IMG/VR virus record: IMGVR_UViG_3300031994_000033
Location: 1-64,000 of that record
Source: a virus
Lineage: Duplodnaviria > Caudoviricetes
DNA: 64,000 nucleotides
Reading direction: 5' to 3' (one strand)
In this document: positions 10,556-20,189 of the stretch, piece by piece
Numbering within the stretch: the stretch's first letter is position 1
How the letters are laid out: each line of letters starts with the position of its first letter
Position numbers and translations under genes: made by a program
The notes under the pieces: generated by a model
Databases searched by the model: none
The model's input: the letters and a program-made list of their open reading frames with translations, nothing else
Told to the model about the DNA's origin: nothing

Positions 10556-11518
10556 ATGAGTACTGACTTTCAAGAAGAGTTCAACAGAATCTGGGGAGGA
10601 GCTGGCGGTTGCACTGTCAGTGGTTGGGACTGGAATCAGCCCAGACCTTTCGACGGAACTGATCCTAACAGCTGCTACGCGAATGAAGCAGCGCTAATGA
10701 GCTCTCTGACCTCAGAAGCTTACAATCAGTTCGGATTCGAGATTGACTACTACGTGAAGCAGATCTCGACAAAGCGAGACAGGCTACTCGGCGAAGATCC
10801 GCTGGAGAACATAGTCAGAAGATTCAGACTGTCAGTCTATGCAGAGAAGATTCCGAACTTGCAGAAGAAGTATCAGCTTCAGGGCATGCTCTACGAAGAA
10901 GTCTTCGAAGTCCAGGCGACGATAGCTCACTTCAACGAAGCTAGCCAGTATGACTACGGCAGGACTTCTATCAAGTACGATATGTACAAGCCGAAGATAG
11001 GCGACTTGATGTACTTCAAGTTCAACGACAAGTACTATGAGATCATCAATGTGAAGACGTTTGGAGAAAATACTGCTTTCTTGGGCACTCCAATCACTTA
11101 CACGTTCACGTTGAGAATCTGGAAGAACAATCACGAAGACGTCGACATTATGAACAAGAACGACGACGATATGCCTATCGAGAAGTTCACGTCGCTAGCT
11201 GAGACGTTCGACATCGAGAACAAGACTTCTGAAGTCGAGTCTCACGCAGACATTCTCGCTGTGAATGACTACGTCGACAGCAAAGACACGGTCAATCCTT
11301 ACACTGAGGAGCATCCAAAGCAGAAGAAGCTAAGAAAACAGAGAAAGAAGAATGAAAAGAGTGTCGAAGAGTCTCCAAAAGAGCCATTCGAAGAGAAAAT
11401 TATACAGAAAGCACAGCCGCAGACGGACTTGTTCGTCTATGAACCAAAAGATGAGCCTGCAGAGATTGTGAATCAAAAGAGAGAAACAGACCCATTTGAT
11501 CCATTTGACGGATGGTAG
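10556..11518 (+). CDS. Neck/head-closure protein, T4 gp14-like
   Basis: SSLTSEAYNQFGFEIDYY..DRLLGEDP and PKIGDLMYF..YYEIINV match gp14. Confidence 0.75.
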   Translation: MSTDFQEEFNRIWGGAGGCTVSGWDWNQPRPFDGTDPNSCYANEAALMSSLTSEAYNQFGFEIDYYVKQISTKRDRLLGEDPLENIVRRFRLSVYAEKIPNLQKKYQLQGMLYEEVFEVQATIAHFNEASQYDYGRTSIKYDMYKPKIGDLMYFKFNDKYYEIINVKTFGENTAFLGTPITYTFTLRIWKNNHEDVDIMNKNDDDMPIEKFTSLAETFDIENKTSEVESHADILAVNDYVDSKDTVNPYTEEHPKQKKLRKQRKKNEKSVEESPKEPFEEKIIQKAQPQTDLFVYEPKDEPAEIVNQKRETDPFDPFDGW

Positions 11519-11524
11519 ATAGCA

Positions 11525-11532
11525 TATAAATA
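11525..11532 (+). promoter_or_regulatory. Late promoter TATAAATA
   Basis: Exact consensus. Confidence 0.8.
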
Positions 11533-11556
11533 ACTAGAACACAAGAGGTAAATTCT

Positions 11557-11976
11557 ATGAAATTCAAAGAATTTTTGAACAAGGTCAACGAAGATCAGAA
11601 CTACAACCCTGAAGTATTCGAAGATGAAGTGACTGGCAACGTTCCAGAAGTCGGCAATACTGACGTTTCGACGCCAGCCCCAGTCGAACAGAAGAGCGCT
11701 ATGGGCGATCTGATCGAGAAGTACTTCTCTAAGGGACAGTCTGACGCTATCAAGTCTCTTGACGGCTTCTCCAACGACATGGTCAATGAGCTTTCTAACT
11801 ATATCGAGAAGGAATGGATCGTTCCTGAAGACTTCACTGGCCGTGATGACGCTCTCGATCAGTTCAAAAAGAAGGTTCATGCTCTTCTCGACGCTCGTAT
11901 CAACAAGATCGGAACGGCTATCCACGATCTCGGCGTTCAGCTCGCTAACACGAAGAACCTCTTCTTGAAGAAGTAA
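11557..11976 (+). CDS. Hypothetical late protein with capsid-targeting-like N-terminus
   Basis: Starts MKFKEFLNKVNE; RBS GAGG. Confidence 0.7.
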   Translation: MKFKEFLNKVNEDQNYNPEVFEDEVTGNVPEVGNTDVSTPAPVEQKSAMGDLIEKYFSKGQSDAIKSLDGFSNDMVNELSNYIEKEWIVPEDFTGRDDALDQFKKKVHALLDARINKIGTAIHDLGVQLANTKNLFLKK

Positions 11977-12006
11977 TCGATAAGACGCCAAAGCTGAGGA
12001 GAAGGG

Positions 12007-13392
12007 ATGGCAGACAAGAATAAGAAGTTTCCGCCAGGACCTCCGCATCATCCGTGCGGACCTTGGCCGTCAATGTTTCCTTATGACAAGGACTATCCGG
12101 GCGAGAAGCCTCCTAGACCGCCTCATCCCTATCCGTATCCATATCCTGGCCAATGCAACGACACTGAGCCAGTGATCGGTGTTCGTCCGTGGGAGCACTG
12201 CTGCGACGTCGACGAAGATCCGTGCGTATGCGTCACTTCAGCTGAAGTAGAGCTGTGGAACGAGACTTACAGCGCTGTTTCTAGCAACTCGGCTGACTGG
12301 GACAAAGCAGTCGACGACTCATGGCGTGACTCAGCAGACGACTGGCAGTCTTCATACGAGACGGTCAGCGCAAATTCAGCATATTGGACATCTGCATACA
12401 ATATAGCTTCTTCTTGGGACTCTGGCTCTAACGAATCGATCTACAACATCATCTCAGCTACTAGCGCGTTCCTGACTCAATACAGCGCATATCCTTACAT
12501 CAACGTCAACAGCGACTATTTCCAAGGAAACGGAAGTCCAGACGAGCCCATCGACTTGTCTCAGTACTTCAAGTGGTACTGGGAGCAAGCGTCTGAAGCT
12601 CTGAACGACCTGTACAGCGGCGGAAAGATAGGCGATCCTGCGAACAGACGCTGGATCGACACGTCCAGAGTCGATGAGCTGAGACGCTGGATCGAGTACA
12701 TGAACGACTTGTTCTGGAAAGTCACCCCAGACAAGGAAGATCCAGACGGAGAGAAACATGAGCCTTATTCGAATCAAGGCGGCGTGTTCTACCAGCTCGA
12801 GAAGCTGTGGCACGTCATCAGAGGCGAAGGAGAAGACGACTGGATAGTTCTGCAAGAGAACTCTGCGTCTTGGAACGCTTCGAGAGACGCAGTTCTGGCT
12901 AATTCAGCCCAATGGGATCAGGGATACTCTAGCTATCAGTACATTCACGACTATTCTGGTGTCTATAACGAGACTGTCGAGAGAGTCACAGATCTCGCTT
13001 CGTCTTCTGGAGAGTGGGACTCAGTCTACGACACAGTAAACGAAAATTCCGGAAACTGGGAGAGTGTCTACGACGACGTGTATCAGAGCTCAGCTAACTG
13101 GGACGAGACATACGAAAAAGTATCAGATAGCGCTGCTCTATGGAACTCGGCCTATGAAGCGATCCGAGACGCTGAAGACATTACGCCGAGCGCAAAGCGA
13201 TGGGATGCAGCATACTCGGCCGTGAGCGCTAACTCTGGAGCTTGGAACAGCACGAGCGCTACAGTTAACGAAAACTCAGCATACTGGTCTAGCGGATCTC
13301 ACGAGACTTGGGTATACGCCGACATGGACTACACTACTTACTCTTCTTACAGCGAACTTGGAAAGATATACTACAGCTACTATCAAGACTAA
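12007..13392 (+). CDS. Repeat-rich putative fibre protein (14-aa W-x-x-x-Y-x-x-V-x-x-N-S repeats)
   Basis: Pro/Cys-rich N-terminus; repeats such as WDSVYDTVNENSGN, WESVYDDVYQSSAN, WDAAYSAVSANSGA. Confidence 0.65.
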   Translation: MADKNKKFPPGPPHHPCGPWPSMFPYDKDYPGEKPPRPPHPYPYPYPGQCNDTEPVIGVRPWEHCCDVDEDPCVCVTSAEVELWNETYSAVSSNSADWDKAVDDSWRDSADDWQSSYETVSANSAYWTSAYNIASSWDSGSNESIYNIISATSAFLTQYSAYPYINVNSDYFQGNGSPDEPIDLSQYFKWYWEQASEALNDLYSGGKIGDPANRRWIDTSRVDELRRWIEYMNDLFWKVTPDKEDPDGEKHEPYSNQGGVFYQLEKLWHVIRGEGEDDWIVLQENSASWNASRDAVLANSAQWDQGYSSYQYIHDYSGVYNETVERVTDLASSSGEWDSVYDTVNENSGNWESVYDDVYQSSANWDETYEKVSDSAALWNSAYEAIRDAEDITPSAKRWDAAYSAVSANSGAWNSTSATVNENSAYWSSGSHETWVYADMDYTTYSSYSELGKIYYSYYQD

Positions 13393-13407
13393 CAGGAGCA
13401 TTTAGCG

Positions 13408-13842
13408 ATGAAAGATCCAAAAGAATACAAAAATTTACAAGAATTCCTTCTAAGCGAATCCACTGTGTTCGATAAGAAGGAAGACACGAATCCTCTCTAC
13501 TACATCTGGGCTATCATCAAGAGCGTGAACGGCAAGAGCGACGAAGAGATCAAGAAAGACGACTCTCTCAAGGCTCTATACAAGAAGCTCGACAAGTTCT
13601 GCGAAGACAACGAAAAGTACGTCAAGAAGCTAAAGGACAGATTCACTCCGAACGAGTTCCAGCTGACGTTACAGAATCAGACAGTCGACAACCAGAAGAA
13701 GTCTGTCGAATGGAGTCTCGACATGATGAGATCTTACATGACTTGCGACATCAAGAGCTTCAACGAGTGGAAAGAGATCACGGACAAGTTCGACGAGCTC
13801 AGAAAGTCAGAAGAGATGCAGACAGTTATCAACTCTCTGTAA
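13408..13842 (+). CDS. Hypothetical protein
   Basis: RBS AGGAG; N-terminus contains KNLQEFLLSE. Confidence 0.7.
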   Translation: MKDPKEYKNLQEFLLSESTVFDKKEDTNPLYYIWAIIKSVNGKSDEEIKKDDSLKALYKKLDKFCEDNEKYVKKLKDRFTPNEFQLTLQNQTVDNQKKSVEWSLDMMRSYMTCDIKSFNEWKEITDKFDELRKSEEMQTVINSL

Positions 13843-13851
13843 ATGAACGTG

Positions 13852-13859
13852 TATAAATA
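13852..13859 (+). promoter_or_regulatory. Late promoter TATAAATA
   Basis: Exact consensus. Confidence 0.8.
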
Positions 13860-13892
13860 ACATAAAAAGAAATACTATAAGGGTGTTACAAC

Positions 13893-14819
13893 ATGACTAA
13901 AAAGAGAAAAGAGCTTCTAAACGAGGATTTTCTGTCCGACACGGAACAGAAGCCAGTTAGCGCCGAAGACGTAGCAGGTGCACCAGAGAATGTAGCAGAC
14001 GACGACTTCGCAGATCTTCTCGGAGGATCTCAGCAGCAAGCTCAGGCTCCTCAGCAGGACGTCTCTGCTCAGGAAGAGTTCGCAGAGACGGTCTCTACTC
14101 TAAAAGATGCAGTCAACGGACTCGCCGTCACTGTTCAAGAGATCAAGGACGCTATCGCTAAGCAAGCTGCTCCTGCAGAACCAGCAGAGCCAGCCGCTCC
14201 AGCAGAGACAGAATCCGCACCAGATGCACCTCCTAACGTAGATCTAGACTCCGCACCGGCACCCGAGGGCCAACCTGCAGCATCTGAACCAGCTCCAGAA
14301 GGAGAAGCTCCTATCGAGGATAAGCCAGCTGAAGGTGGAGAAAGCGCTCCAGCAGAGGGAGAAGAAAGTGACTTCGATCAGGATGAATCCCGTCCGGAAG
14401 ACGCTACTAAGTCTGAAGCATATCAGATGAACCGCAAAGCCGGAAAGCTCCTCAACAGCAACTCTGGCTCTATCATCGGCATCGTCGAGTCTGGAAAGCT
14501 CTACAAGCTCGACGAGATGATCATGACTGCTGTCAAGGCTAAGATTCGAGAGAAGATCAACGAAGCGAAGGCTCAGCTCAAGGCTGAATTCCTCAAGGAA
14601 GCAGCAGAGATGCCGAAATCCGAACCTGAGATGATCGTCGAAGAGAAGAAGGAAGATGAAAAGAAGCCCGAGAAGAAGACTATGTCCTTCCTAGAGAAGC
14701 TCAAGGCTGCTAAGGCTTGCAAGGGCAAAGCATGCTGCGACGAGAAGAAGGACGAGTGCAAGGGTTCTGACGACAAGAAAGACGGCGACAAGAAAGAAGA
14801 CGAGAAGAAGGACCACTAA
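13893..14819 (+). CDS. Acidic low-complexity protein (prohead core/scaffold-like)
   Basis: Rich in Pro, Ala and Glu, with several I/L-x-E sites; late promoter. Confidence 0.55.
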   Translation: MTKKRKELLNEDFLSDTEQKPVSAEDVAGAPENVADDDFADLLGGSQQQAQAPQQDVSAQEEFAETVSTLKDAVNGLAVTVQEIKDAIAKQAAPAEPAEPAAPAETESAPDAPPNVDLDSAPAPEGQPAASEPAPEGEAPIEDKPAEGGESAPAEGEESDFDQDESRPEDATKSEAYQMNRKAGKLLNSNSGSIIGIVESGKLYKLDEMIMTAVKAKIREKINEAKAQLKAEFLKEAAEMPKSEPEMIVEEKKEDEKKPEKKTMSFLEKLKAAKACKGKACCDEKKDECKGSDDKKDGDKKEDEKKDH

Positions 14820-14822
14820 GCT

Positions 14823-15311
14823 GTGCTGAGCGAAACTCAAATGGGAGCTCTTCGAGTTCTGGAAGCGCTGGATGACGAGGAGACCGCTTACACGGTCAAC
14901 ATCTCGAATCCAGTGTGTCCGTGTTGCGGAGCCAAACTGATCATAAACGACGACATCAAGCTCGGGCAGAACGAGGAGCTCAACACTGAAAATCTCGATG
15001 AGAGCTACAGGGTCGATGAACAGTTCGCTGATCCAGAAGTCATCATTCCGATGGTACGAGAAGCAGCCAACGATCTCGTCGAGGGCTATACCGCATACTG
15101 CCGTCAAGATGGTCTAGATGACCGTCAGATCGCAAATGCGCTATGCTATCCTCAGGATTCTGAGCTGAAAGACGCTATCGTCAGAAAGTCAAAAGAATTG
15201 AAGTCTGTGTTCGCTTCCGCATACGGACTCCTCGTAAACGAACAGATCATCGTCCAAGATCTTCGGGATGCGATCAAGAGAATCGTAACAGGCGGACGAA
15301 GATCTGTATAA
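14823..15311 (+). CDS. Hypothetical protein with CPCCG motif
   Basis: 162-aa ORF with a GTG start, immediately after the previous stop. Confidence 0.65.
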   Translation: MLSETQMGALRVLEALDDEETAYTVNISNPVCPCCGAKLIINDDIKLGQNEELNTENLDESYRVDEQFADPEVIIPMVREAANDLVEGYTAYCRQDGLDDRQIANALCYPQDSELKDAIVRKSKELKSVFASAYGLLVNEQIIVQDLRDAIKRIVTGGRRSV

Positions 15312-15314
15312 ATA
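15307..15314 (+). promoter_or_regulatory. Late promoter TATAAATA
   Basis: Exact consensus overlapping the stop codon. Confidence 0.8.
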
Positions 15315-15345
15315 AAAAGATTTTAACAACAAAGAGGTTAACCAA

Positions 15346-15750
15346 ATGAAAGACTCTAAAATCACAAAAGAGATGCTATATGAAGCAATCGAAGTGGCAG
15401 AGGCTCATGGCTACAAGGTGGTCGATGAGTCTACTCAGGACAAGAAGTCCAAGAAGGCTTTGATCGATGAAGCTATTGAAGTCGCTAAGGCTCACGGCTA
15501 CAAGGTCGTGAAGGAAGATGAAGAACCGGGCGCTACTGCTGAAACATCCGAAACTGGTGCTGAGGGCGATGGTGATGGCGAGGAACAGGAAATCTTCACT
15601 ATTCAGGTTACGAAGGAAGAGCTCGAAGCTATCAAGTCGATCCTTGACAAGGTCGAATACGAAGATGACGGTTCCGCAGACGCTGAAGCTGCAGCTGCAG
15701 TCGTAAGCGCTATGGATGACGACAACATCTACGGTTCGATGGACGACTAA
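15346..15750 (+). CDS. Acidic protein with duplicated EAIEVAxAHGYKVV motif
   Basis: Internal repeat at 15382 and 15469; RBS GAGG. Confidence 0.7.
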   Translation: MKDSKITKEMLYEAIEVAEAHGYKVVDESTQDKKSKKALIDEAIEVAKAHGYKVVKEDEEPGATAETSETGAEGDGDGEEQEIFTIQVTKEELEAIKSILDKVEYEDDGSADAEAAAAVVSAMDDDNIYGSMDD

Positions 15751-15779
15751 GTCCTAAGCTTCTAAAAGCAGACAATTTT

Positions 15780-15810
15780 GAGCTCTGATTGATCAATCAG
15801 AGCTCTTTTT
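15780..15810 (+). terminator. Terminator, perfect 26-bp palindrome plus T-tract
   Basis: GAGCTCTGATTGATCAATCAGAGCTC followed by TTTTT. Confidence 0.8.
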
Positions 15811-15817
15811 CTATTGA

Positions 15818-15825
15818 TATAAATA
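15818..15825 (+). promoter_or_regulatory. Late promoter TATAAATA
   Basis: Exact consensus after the terminator. Confidence 0.8.
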
Positions 15826-15844
15826 ATTTGAGAGGATTATCTTC

Positions 15845-16339
15845 ATGAAGAGATTTATGGACTTTAGAGAGAAGCGCATCGATGAAGCTGAGCCAGTTCA
15901 GCAGCCTCAAGCTTCGACTGAACAACAAGCTCAAGCACCAACGCAGAAACCTACACCTGAACCTGCACAGGCACAAGAAGCTCCTCAAGAAGAGCACAAG
16001 AGCCTGAGAGAATCTCTAGCTGACAAGATCAAGGCTCAGAAAGACGTCGCAGTCGGAATCATAGACGGAATTCGCTCTGCCTTCCAAGACAGCTGCGCTC
16101 ACACGACTAAGTATGACGCAATGGGAGATCAGATCAAGAACTTCGAGAAGCAGATCCGTGGCGCTTGCGAGCAGGTCATCGCGATGGTAGAGCAAGAGAA
16201 GTTCGACTGGAGAAACTGGGACAACTGCTCTCCGAAGTCCTATGATGTCATCACGAAGTACAAAGACCGAGACTTCGACGTTCTGAAGCTCTCTGCTGCC
16301 GTAATCATCTTCTACAACAGCTTGATAGGAGAGAACTGA
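15845..16339 (+). CDS. Hypothetical late protein
   Basis: Starts MKRFMDFREKRIDE; Gln/Pro linker. Confidence 0.7.
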   Translation: MKRFMDFREKRIDEAEPVQQPQASTEQQAQAPTQKPTPEPAQAQEAPQEEHKSLRESLADKIKAQKDVAVGIIDGIRSAFQDSCAHTTKYDAMGDQIKNFEKQIRGACEQVIAMVEQEKFDWRNWDNCSPKSYDVITKYKDRDFDVLKLSAAVIIFYNSLIGEN

Positions 16340-16740
16340 TGAGATACCTAGTCGAAAAGCTACTTCTAGAGCAGCCTCACGTCTTTCTAGACATGGAGGA
16401 AGACTCTGATGAAGGCGGAATCTGGGACTTCTGCGCTGAAGACAGGCCGAAGACTTGGATCATTCAGCTCATCAAGCTGTATGCGATGCACAAGCTAGAG
16501 TCACTGAATCCGAAGAAGAACCAGTCAGTCGTTTTGTACCTGACACCAGAGGAAGTGGCCATGTTCACCTCTCACATGGCCGAAGATCCGTTCTTCCTCA
16601 TCCAGGCTAAGAACTGCGTAGAGAAGATGAAGCGTGACAATCAGACAAAAGCCATCCAGCTGCTTCGAAAGTATCTTCCCGAAGTGCTGAAGACCAAGAT
16701 AGGCATTCCAGAAGAGAAGATAGAATTGGAGGAACCATGA
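16339..16740 (+). CDS. Hypothetical protein
   Basis: TGATG coupling with the upstream gene; RBS GGAG. Confidence 0.7.
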   Translation: MRYLVEKLLLEQPHVFLDMEEDSDEGGIWDFCAEDRPKTWIIQLIKLYAMHKLESLNPKKNQSVVLYLTPEEVAMFTSHMAEDPFFLIQAKNCVEKMKRDNQTKAIQLLRKYLPEVLKTKIGIPEEKIELEEP

Positions 16741-16892
16741 GCGTAAGAGTAAGAAGTCCATACCGCAGAATCGATGTGAATGTAGTAGTACCGAACCCGG
16801 TTCAGCAAGTAAAGGTAGAAGCGCAAGTTCCTAAGCGCAAGAAAAAGAGCGAAGAGATCACTGAATCGAGTGTTTCTGATGAAGCTCTTTGA
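16737..16892 (+). CDS. Small hypothetical protein (51 aa, MSVRVRSPYRR...)
   Basis: ATGA overlap with the previous stop and GGAGG RBS; below the ORF-track cutoff. Confidence 0.55.
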   Translation: MSVRVRSPYRRIDVNVVVPNPVQQVKVEAQVPKRKKKSEEITESSVSDEAL

Positions 16893-17946
16893 ACGCGTTG
16901 AATACCTTAGTTTTGTTCTTAATATCTGAGCTGTCGTCGATATACTTCTTAGCGAGACTCAGCAGCGTAATCTTCGAGACATCGATCTTCTCTATCGATG
17001 TCTTTTCTTGTCTGCGCTGGTAGATCGGATTGACGGGATATGCTGGTCCGTAACTTTCGATCTTCTCAAGGTACTCGTTCACCTTGTTCATGTATTTCGA
17101 AGACTCCCAACTGATCTCTACGTCAATTATGTTTCCATGAATGAAGGTCTCTGGATCCTCGGGCATATCTGGAAATTTGAGCTTCTTGTACTCGATGCAG
17201 TGCTCGTTACGGATGAATTCCAGCTCTTCAGTGTAAGTGTCGAGAATGTAAAATCCCTTCTCTTCTATCTCCGAGCGATTAAGCTGGTATGGAGAGCCCA
17301 AATAGGTCAGTTTGCAGTCACCCTGTGTAGTTTCCGAGTGAATGTGATAATGTCCCGTATAGATGTGTTTCCAGTGCTTAAACAGCTCTTCTTTGTCGAA
17401 GCCCTGCCCTGCACGATTGTTGAAGATGTCCATCTTTGCGCCGAGCACGTCCAAGTGTCCGAACAAGCGAGTGATTCCACTCGTAATCGTATGCTTTTTC
17501 TCGACAGTGTTTCGGAACTCTTCGTAGTCCGTAACCCAGGGAAGAAGTAGAGTGTCGTGATCATTTCCCTCTTCTGAGCAACGCTCATGGTCAAGACGGA
17601 TTCTCAACGGCCTGTCTATGATGCAAACATTCTTGATGCGGTCCAATACGACCAGCGAACTGACGTCCATCGAATTCTTGTAATAGAGGTCGTGATTGCC
17701 GAGAATGATGTACCAGATCACTTCACCTTCATGGCGCTTGAAGAAGTCGATCACTCGGTTTATCGTCAAAACGTTAACAGCATGACGAGTGTCGAACAGG
17801 TCGCCAAGAACGAAGATTTTCTCTATCCCTCGCTCTTTGCAGTCATTCACCATCTGCTCCATGAATGCGAACTGTGAATCTTGAAATTTCTTGTCGTCAG
17901 AATGAGTGCCAAAGTGGAGGTCACTAACTAGGGCTACCTTGCTCAT
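16858..17946 (-). CDS. Recombination nuclease, T4 gp47/Mre11/SbcD-like
   Basis: Phosphoesterase motifs SDLHFG, GDLFD, GNHD, GHLD, GHYH. Confidence 0.92.
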   Translation of the reverse strand: MSKVALVSDLHFGTHSDDKKFQDSQFAFMEQMVNDCKERGIEKIFVLGDLFDTRHAVNVLTINRVIDFFKRHEGEVIWYIILGNHDLYYKNSMDVSSLVVLDRIKNVCIIDRPLRIRLDHERCSEEGNDHDTLLLPWVTDYEEFRNTVEKKHTITSGITRLFGHLDVLGAKMDIFNNRAGQGFDKEELFKHWKHIYTGHYHIHSETTQGDCKLTYLGSPYQLNRSEIEEKGFYILDTYTEELEFIRNEHCIEYKKLKFPDMPEDPETFIHGNIIDVEISWESSKYMNKVNEYLEKIESYGPAYPVNPIYQRRQEKTSIEKIDVSKITLLSLAKKYIDDSSDIKNKTKVFNAFKELHQKHSIQ

Positions 17947-19705
17947 TTCTATCCTTTACCAACTGGCTGAAGCAGCCCTTCTTCTGGACTCTCAGCGTCT
18001 CGAACTTATATTGTATTTGACTAAAATTTAGATCATTTAGCTTGTGCGAAATTAGGTACACGCCGAGGTTGCTGTCACACTGAATCATCGTGATCAACTC
18101 TTTCAGGAAGTCCGTAATTCCATCGCCGTCGATACCCGTGTCGAAGATCTCGTCCATGAACAGAATCGAGCTCGACCAGTTAGACAGCTGTTTCGCGATG
18201 TCGTAGAAAGTGAGAAGCATAGCGACGTTCACTCTCGTCTTCTCGCCGTTCGATAGTCCGTTGTATTCCATTTCAAACGCGCCACGAGTGAGCGTATACT
18301 CAAGCATGCTGTCGAATATGACTTCGACGTTCAAGCCGAACTTCTTGATGTACTCGTTGATCTTGAGGTTTAGAATCGGAACGATCTCCTCGAAGAAGTA
18401 TCGCTTGATTCCGCTGTCAGACAGAATCGTGATGAGGTCAGTGTCGATCGCTACACGCTCGGAAGTCTCGTCGATCGTGTCGTTGCAGATCTTGAGCTGC
18501 TTTCGATACTCTTCCACGCGCTTTCTCTGGTCGGACGGATCGAATCCGTTTGTCTCAGCCTCGATGTCTTTATACTGCTTCTCGTCGTAAGCGATGCCAC
18601 GCTTCAAGCCCTCTATGACCGTATTCTCTGTAGAAATTCTGTTCTTCACTTTCTCGTAGAAGTTCTTAGAGTTGCGCATCTTCTCGGCGCTCTCCTCATC
18701 TACCTTCTGCTTTTCGTTCAGAGTGTCATAGAATCCCTGCTCCATGTTTATCTCGGCGAGAATTCCGTCAAAATACTCTTTCGCGTGATCCGAGCAGAAG
18801 TCTGTCCCGCATATCGGACACTTGTTCTTGTCCCGGAAGTCGTAAATCTTCGTCAGGCTCGTAACCTTCGCCTTGTGCTCTGCGAGTCCAGCGACGCGTT
18901 CACGGATCCTAGTCATCGTGTCATCGAGTTCCGCGAAGTCGGGTTCGAGCTCGGCGCACTTCTCTTCGCACTTCTGGATGTTGGTCTCATGTTTCACCAA
19001 GTCGGACTTCTGCTGCTCGATATGGTCTTTCACCTTCTCTAGTCTGTCCGCTTTGTTCGTTTCGAAATTTCGGCTCTTCTGCTCCATGTCGGCGATGATC
19101 TTGATCAGGTCGTTGATGGAGTTCTCGAGGCCAGTCTTAGTTGCGCTCATCGTCTTGATTGTGATGTTGTCGTTCGATCTGCGATCCTTCACCTCGTCGA
19201 GCATATCGGCGATATTTGTGAGTCCGAATATCGTTTCGAGCAGCTCTCTTCTGTCTGACAGACACATATTGAAGAACGGCACATTTGAGATTGCGCCGAT
19301 ACACATCACGTTCTTGAATAGCAGATACTTGACGCCGAGCAGCTTGTCGATCTCGATCTGATTGAGCTTCTTTGAGCTCAGCGCCTCTACCATCTCGCCG
19401 TTCTTGTACAATTCGAACTTCGACGGCGCAAGTCCTCTCAGCATGCGGTAGGAATCCTTGCCGATGTCGAACTGGATCTCTACCTCCAAGTGGCGCTTGT
19501 TGATGTAGTTCACAAGACTCTTCATCTTGATGTCACGATATGGCTTACCGAAGAGCACGAACGAGATAGCGTCAACGATTGTCGATTTTCCTGCGCCGTT
19601 CTGGGCATTGATCAGGTTGAGTTTGTTGTTGAAGTTCAGGATAGTCCATCCGTTGCCGTAGGACAAGAAATTCCTGAACTTGATCGTCTTAAACTTGATA
19701 TACAT
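17924..19705 (-). CDS. Recombination ATPase, T4 gp46/Rad50/SbcC-like
   Basis: NFLSYGN, Walker A NGAGKST, CPICG zinc hook, LSNGE signature, Walker B FMDEIFD. Confidence 0.93.
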   Translation of the reverse strand: MYIKFKTIKFRNFLSYGNGWTILNFNNKLNLINAQNGAGKSTIVDAISFVLFGKPYRDIKMKSLVNYINKRHLEVEIQFDIGKDSYRMLRGLAPSKFELYKNGEMVEALSSKKLNQIEIDKLLGVKYLLFKNVMCIGAISNVPFFNMCLSDRRELLETIFGLTNIADMLDEVKDRRSNDNITIKTMSATKTGLENSINDLIKIIADMEQKSRNFETNKADRLEKVKDHIEQQKSDLVKHETNIQKCEEKCAELEPDFAELDDTMTRIRERVAGLAEHKAKVTSLTKIYDFRDKNKCPICGTDFCSDHAKEYFDGILAEINMEQGFYDTLNEKQKVDEESAEKMRNSKNFYEKVKNRISTENTVIEGLKRGIAYDEKQYKDIEAETNGFDPSDQRKRVEEYRKQLKICNDTIDETSERVAIDTDLITILSDSGIKRYFFEEIVPILNLKINEYIKKFGLNVEVIFDSMLEYTLTRGAFEMEYNGLSNGEKTRVNVAMLLTFYDIAKQLSNWSSSILFMDEIFDTGIDGDGITDFLKELITMIQCDSNLGVYLISHKLNDLNFSQIQYKFETLRVQKKGCFSQLVKDRNEQGSPS

Positions 19706-19756
19706 TGCTCTTTAAATATACGAATTGTGCAAAAACCGAAATTTCGTGCCATAAGG

Positions 19757-19786
19757 GTTTAGAAAATCATCAAAATTACCTATATT
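19757..19786 (+). promoter_or_regulatory. Early (sigma70-like) promoter
   Basis: gTTTAGA-17 nt-TATATT, with AAAATTACC before the -10; the same layout recurs at 53446 and 58874. Confidence 0.75.
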
Positions 19787-19816
19787 GTATATGTAAACTT
19801 CAAAAAGGGCCCAACT

Positions 19817-19975
19817 ATGAGGGATAGCGACAAAAAGCTGCTTATTGAGAAAATCCAAAAATATGGACAGTTGATGGCCGAAGGACGCCGTTTTGCAGCC
19901 CAGAATAATCTCAAATTGATCGAAAAGTCGATCAAAACCGACAGAGAGCAGTTCTTCGACTGGCTGGACGAATAG
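19817..19975 (+). CDS. Small early protein (52 aa, MRDSDKKLLIEK...)
   Basis: First ORF after the early promoter; AAGGG RBS; not in the track. Confidence 0.65.
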   Translation: MRDSDKKLLIEKIQKYGQLMAEGRRFAAQNNLKLIEKSIKTDREQFFDWLDE

Positions 19976-19976
19976 T

Positions 19977-20189
19977 ATGGATCGATTCGCAGATACTAGA
20001 GAGAAGCTTTTTAGCTGGCACACCGAAGAGATGGTATGCCCGTATTGCGGCTACATTCACGAGAACAGCAACGAGCTGTCGAGCGACTGCTCTGAGTATG
20101 AATGTGAGGTATGTGGCCGTGAATTTCACTATGAAAGAGAAACCGAAGTGCATTACGACACTTACCGCATGGAGGATAGAGAGCAATGA
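19977..20189 (+). CDS. Zinc-ribbon protein
   Basis: CPYCG...CEVCG. Confidence 0.75.
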   Translation: MDRFADTREKLFSWHTEEMVCPYCGYIHENSNELSSDCSEYECEVCGREFHYERETEVHYDTYRMEDREQ

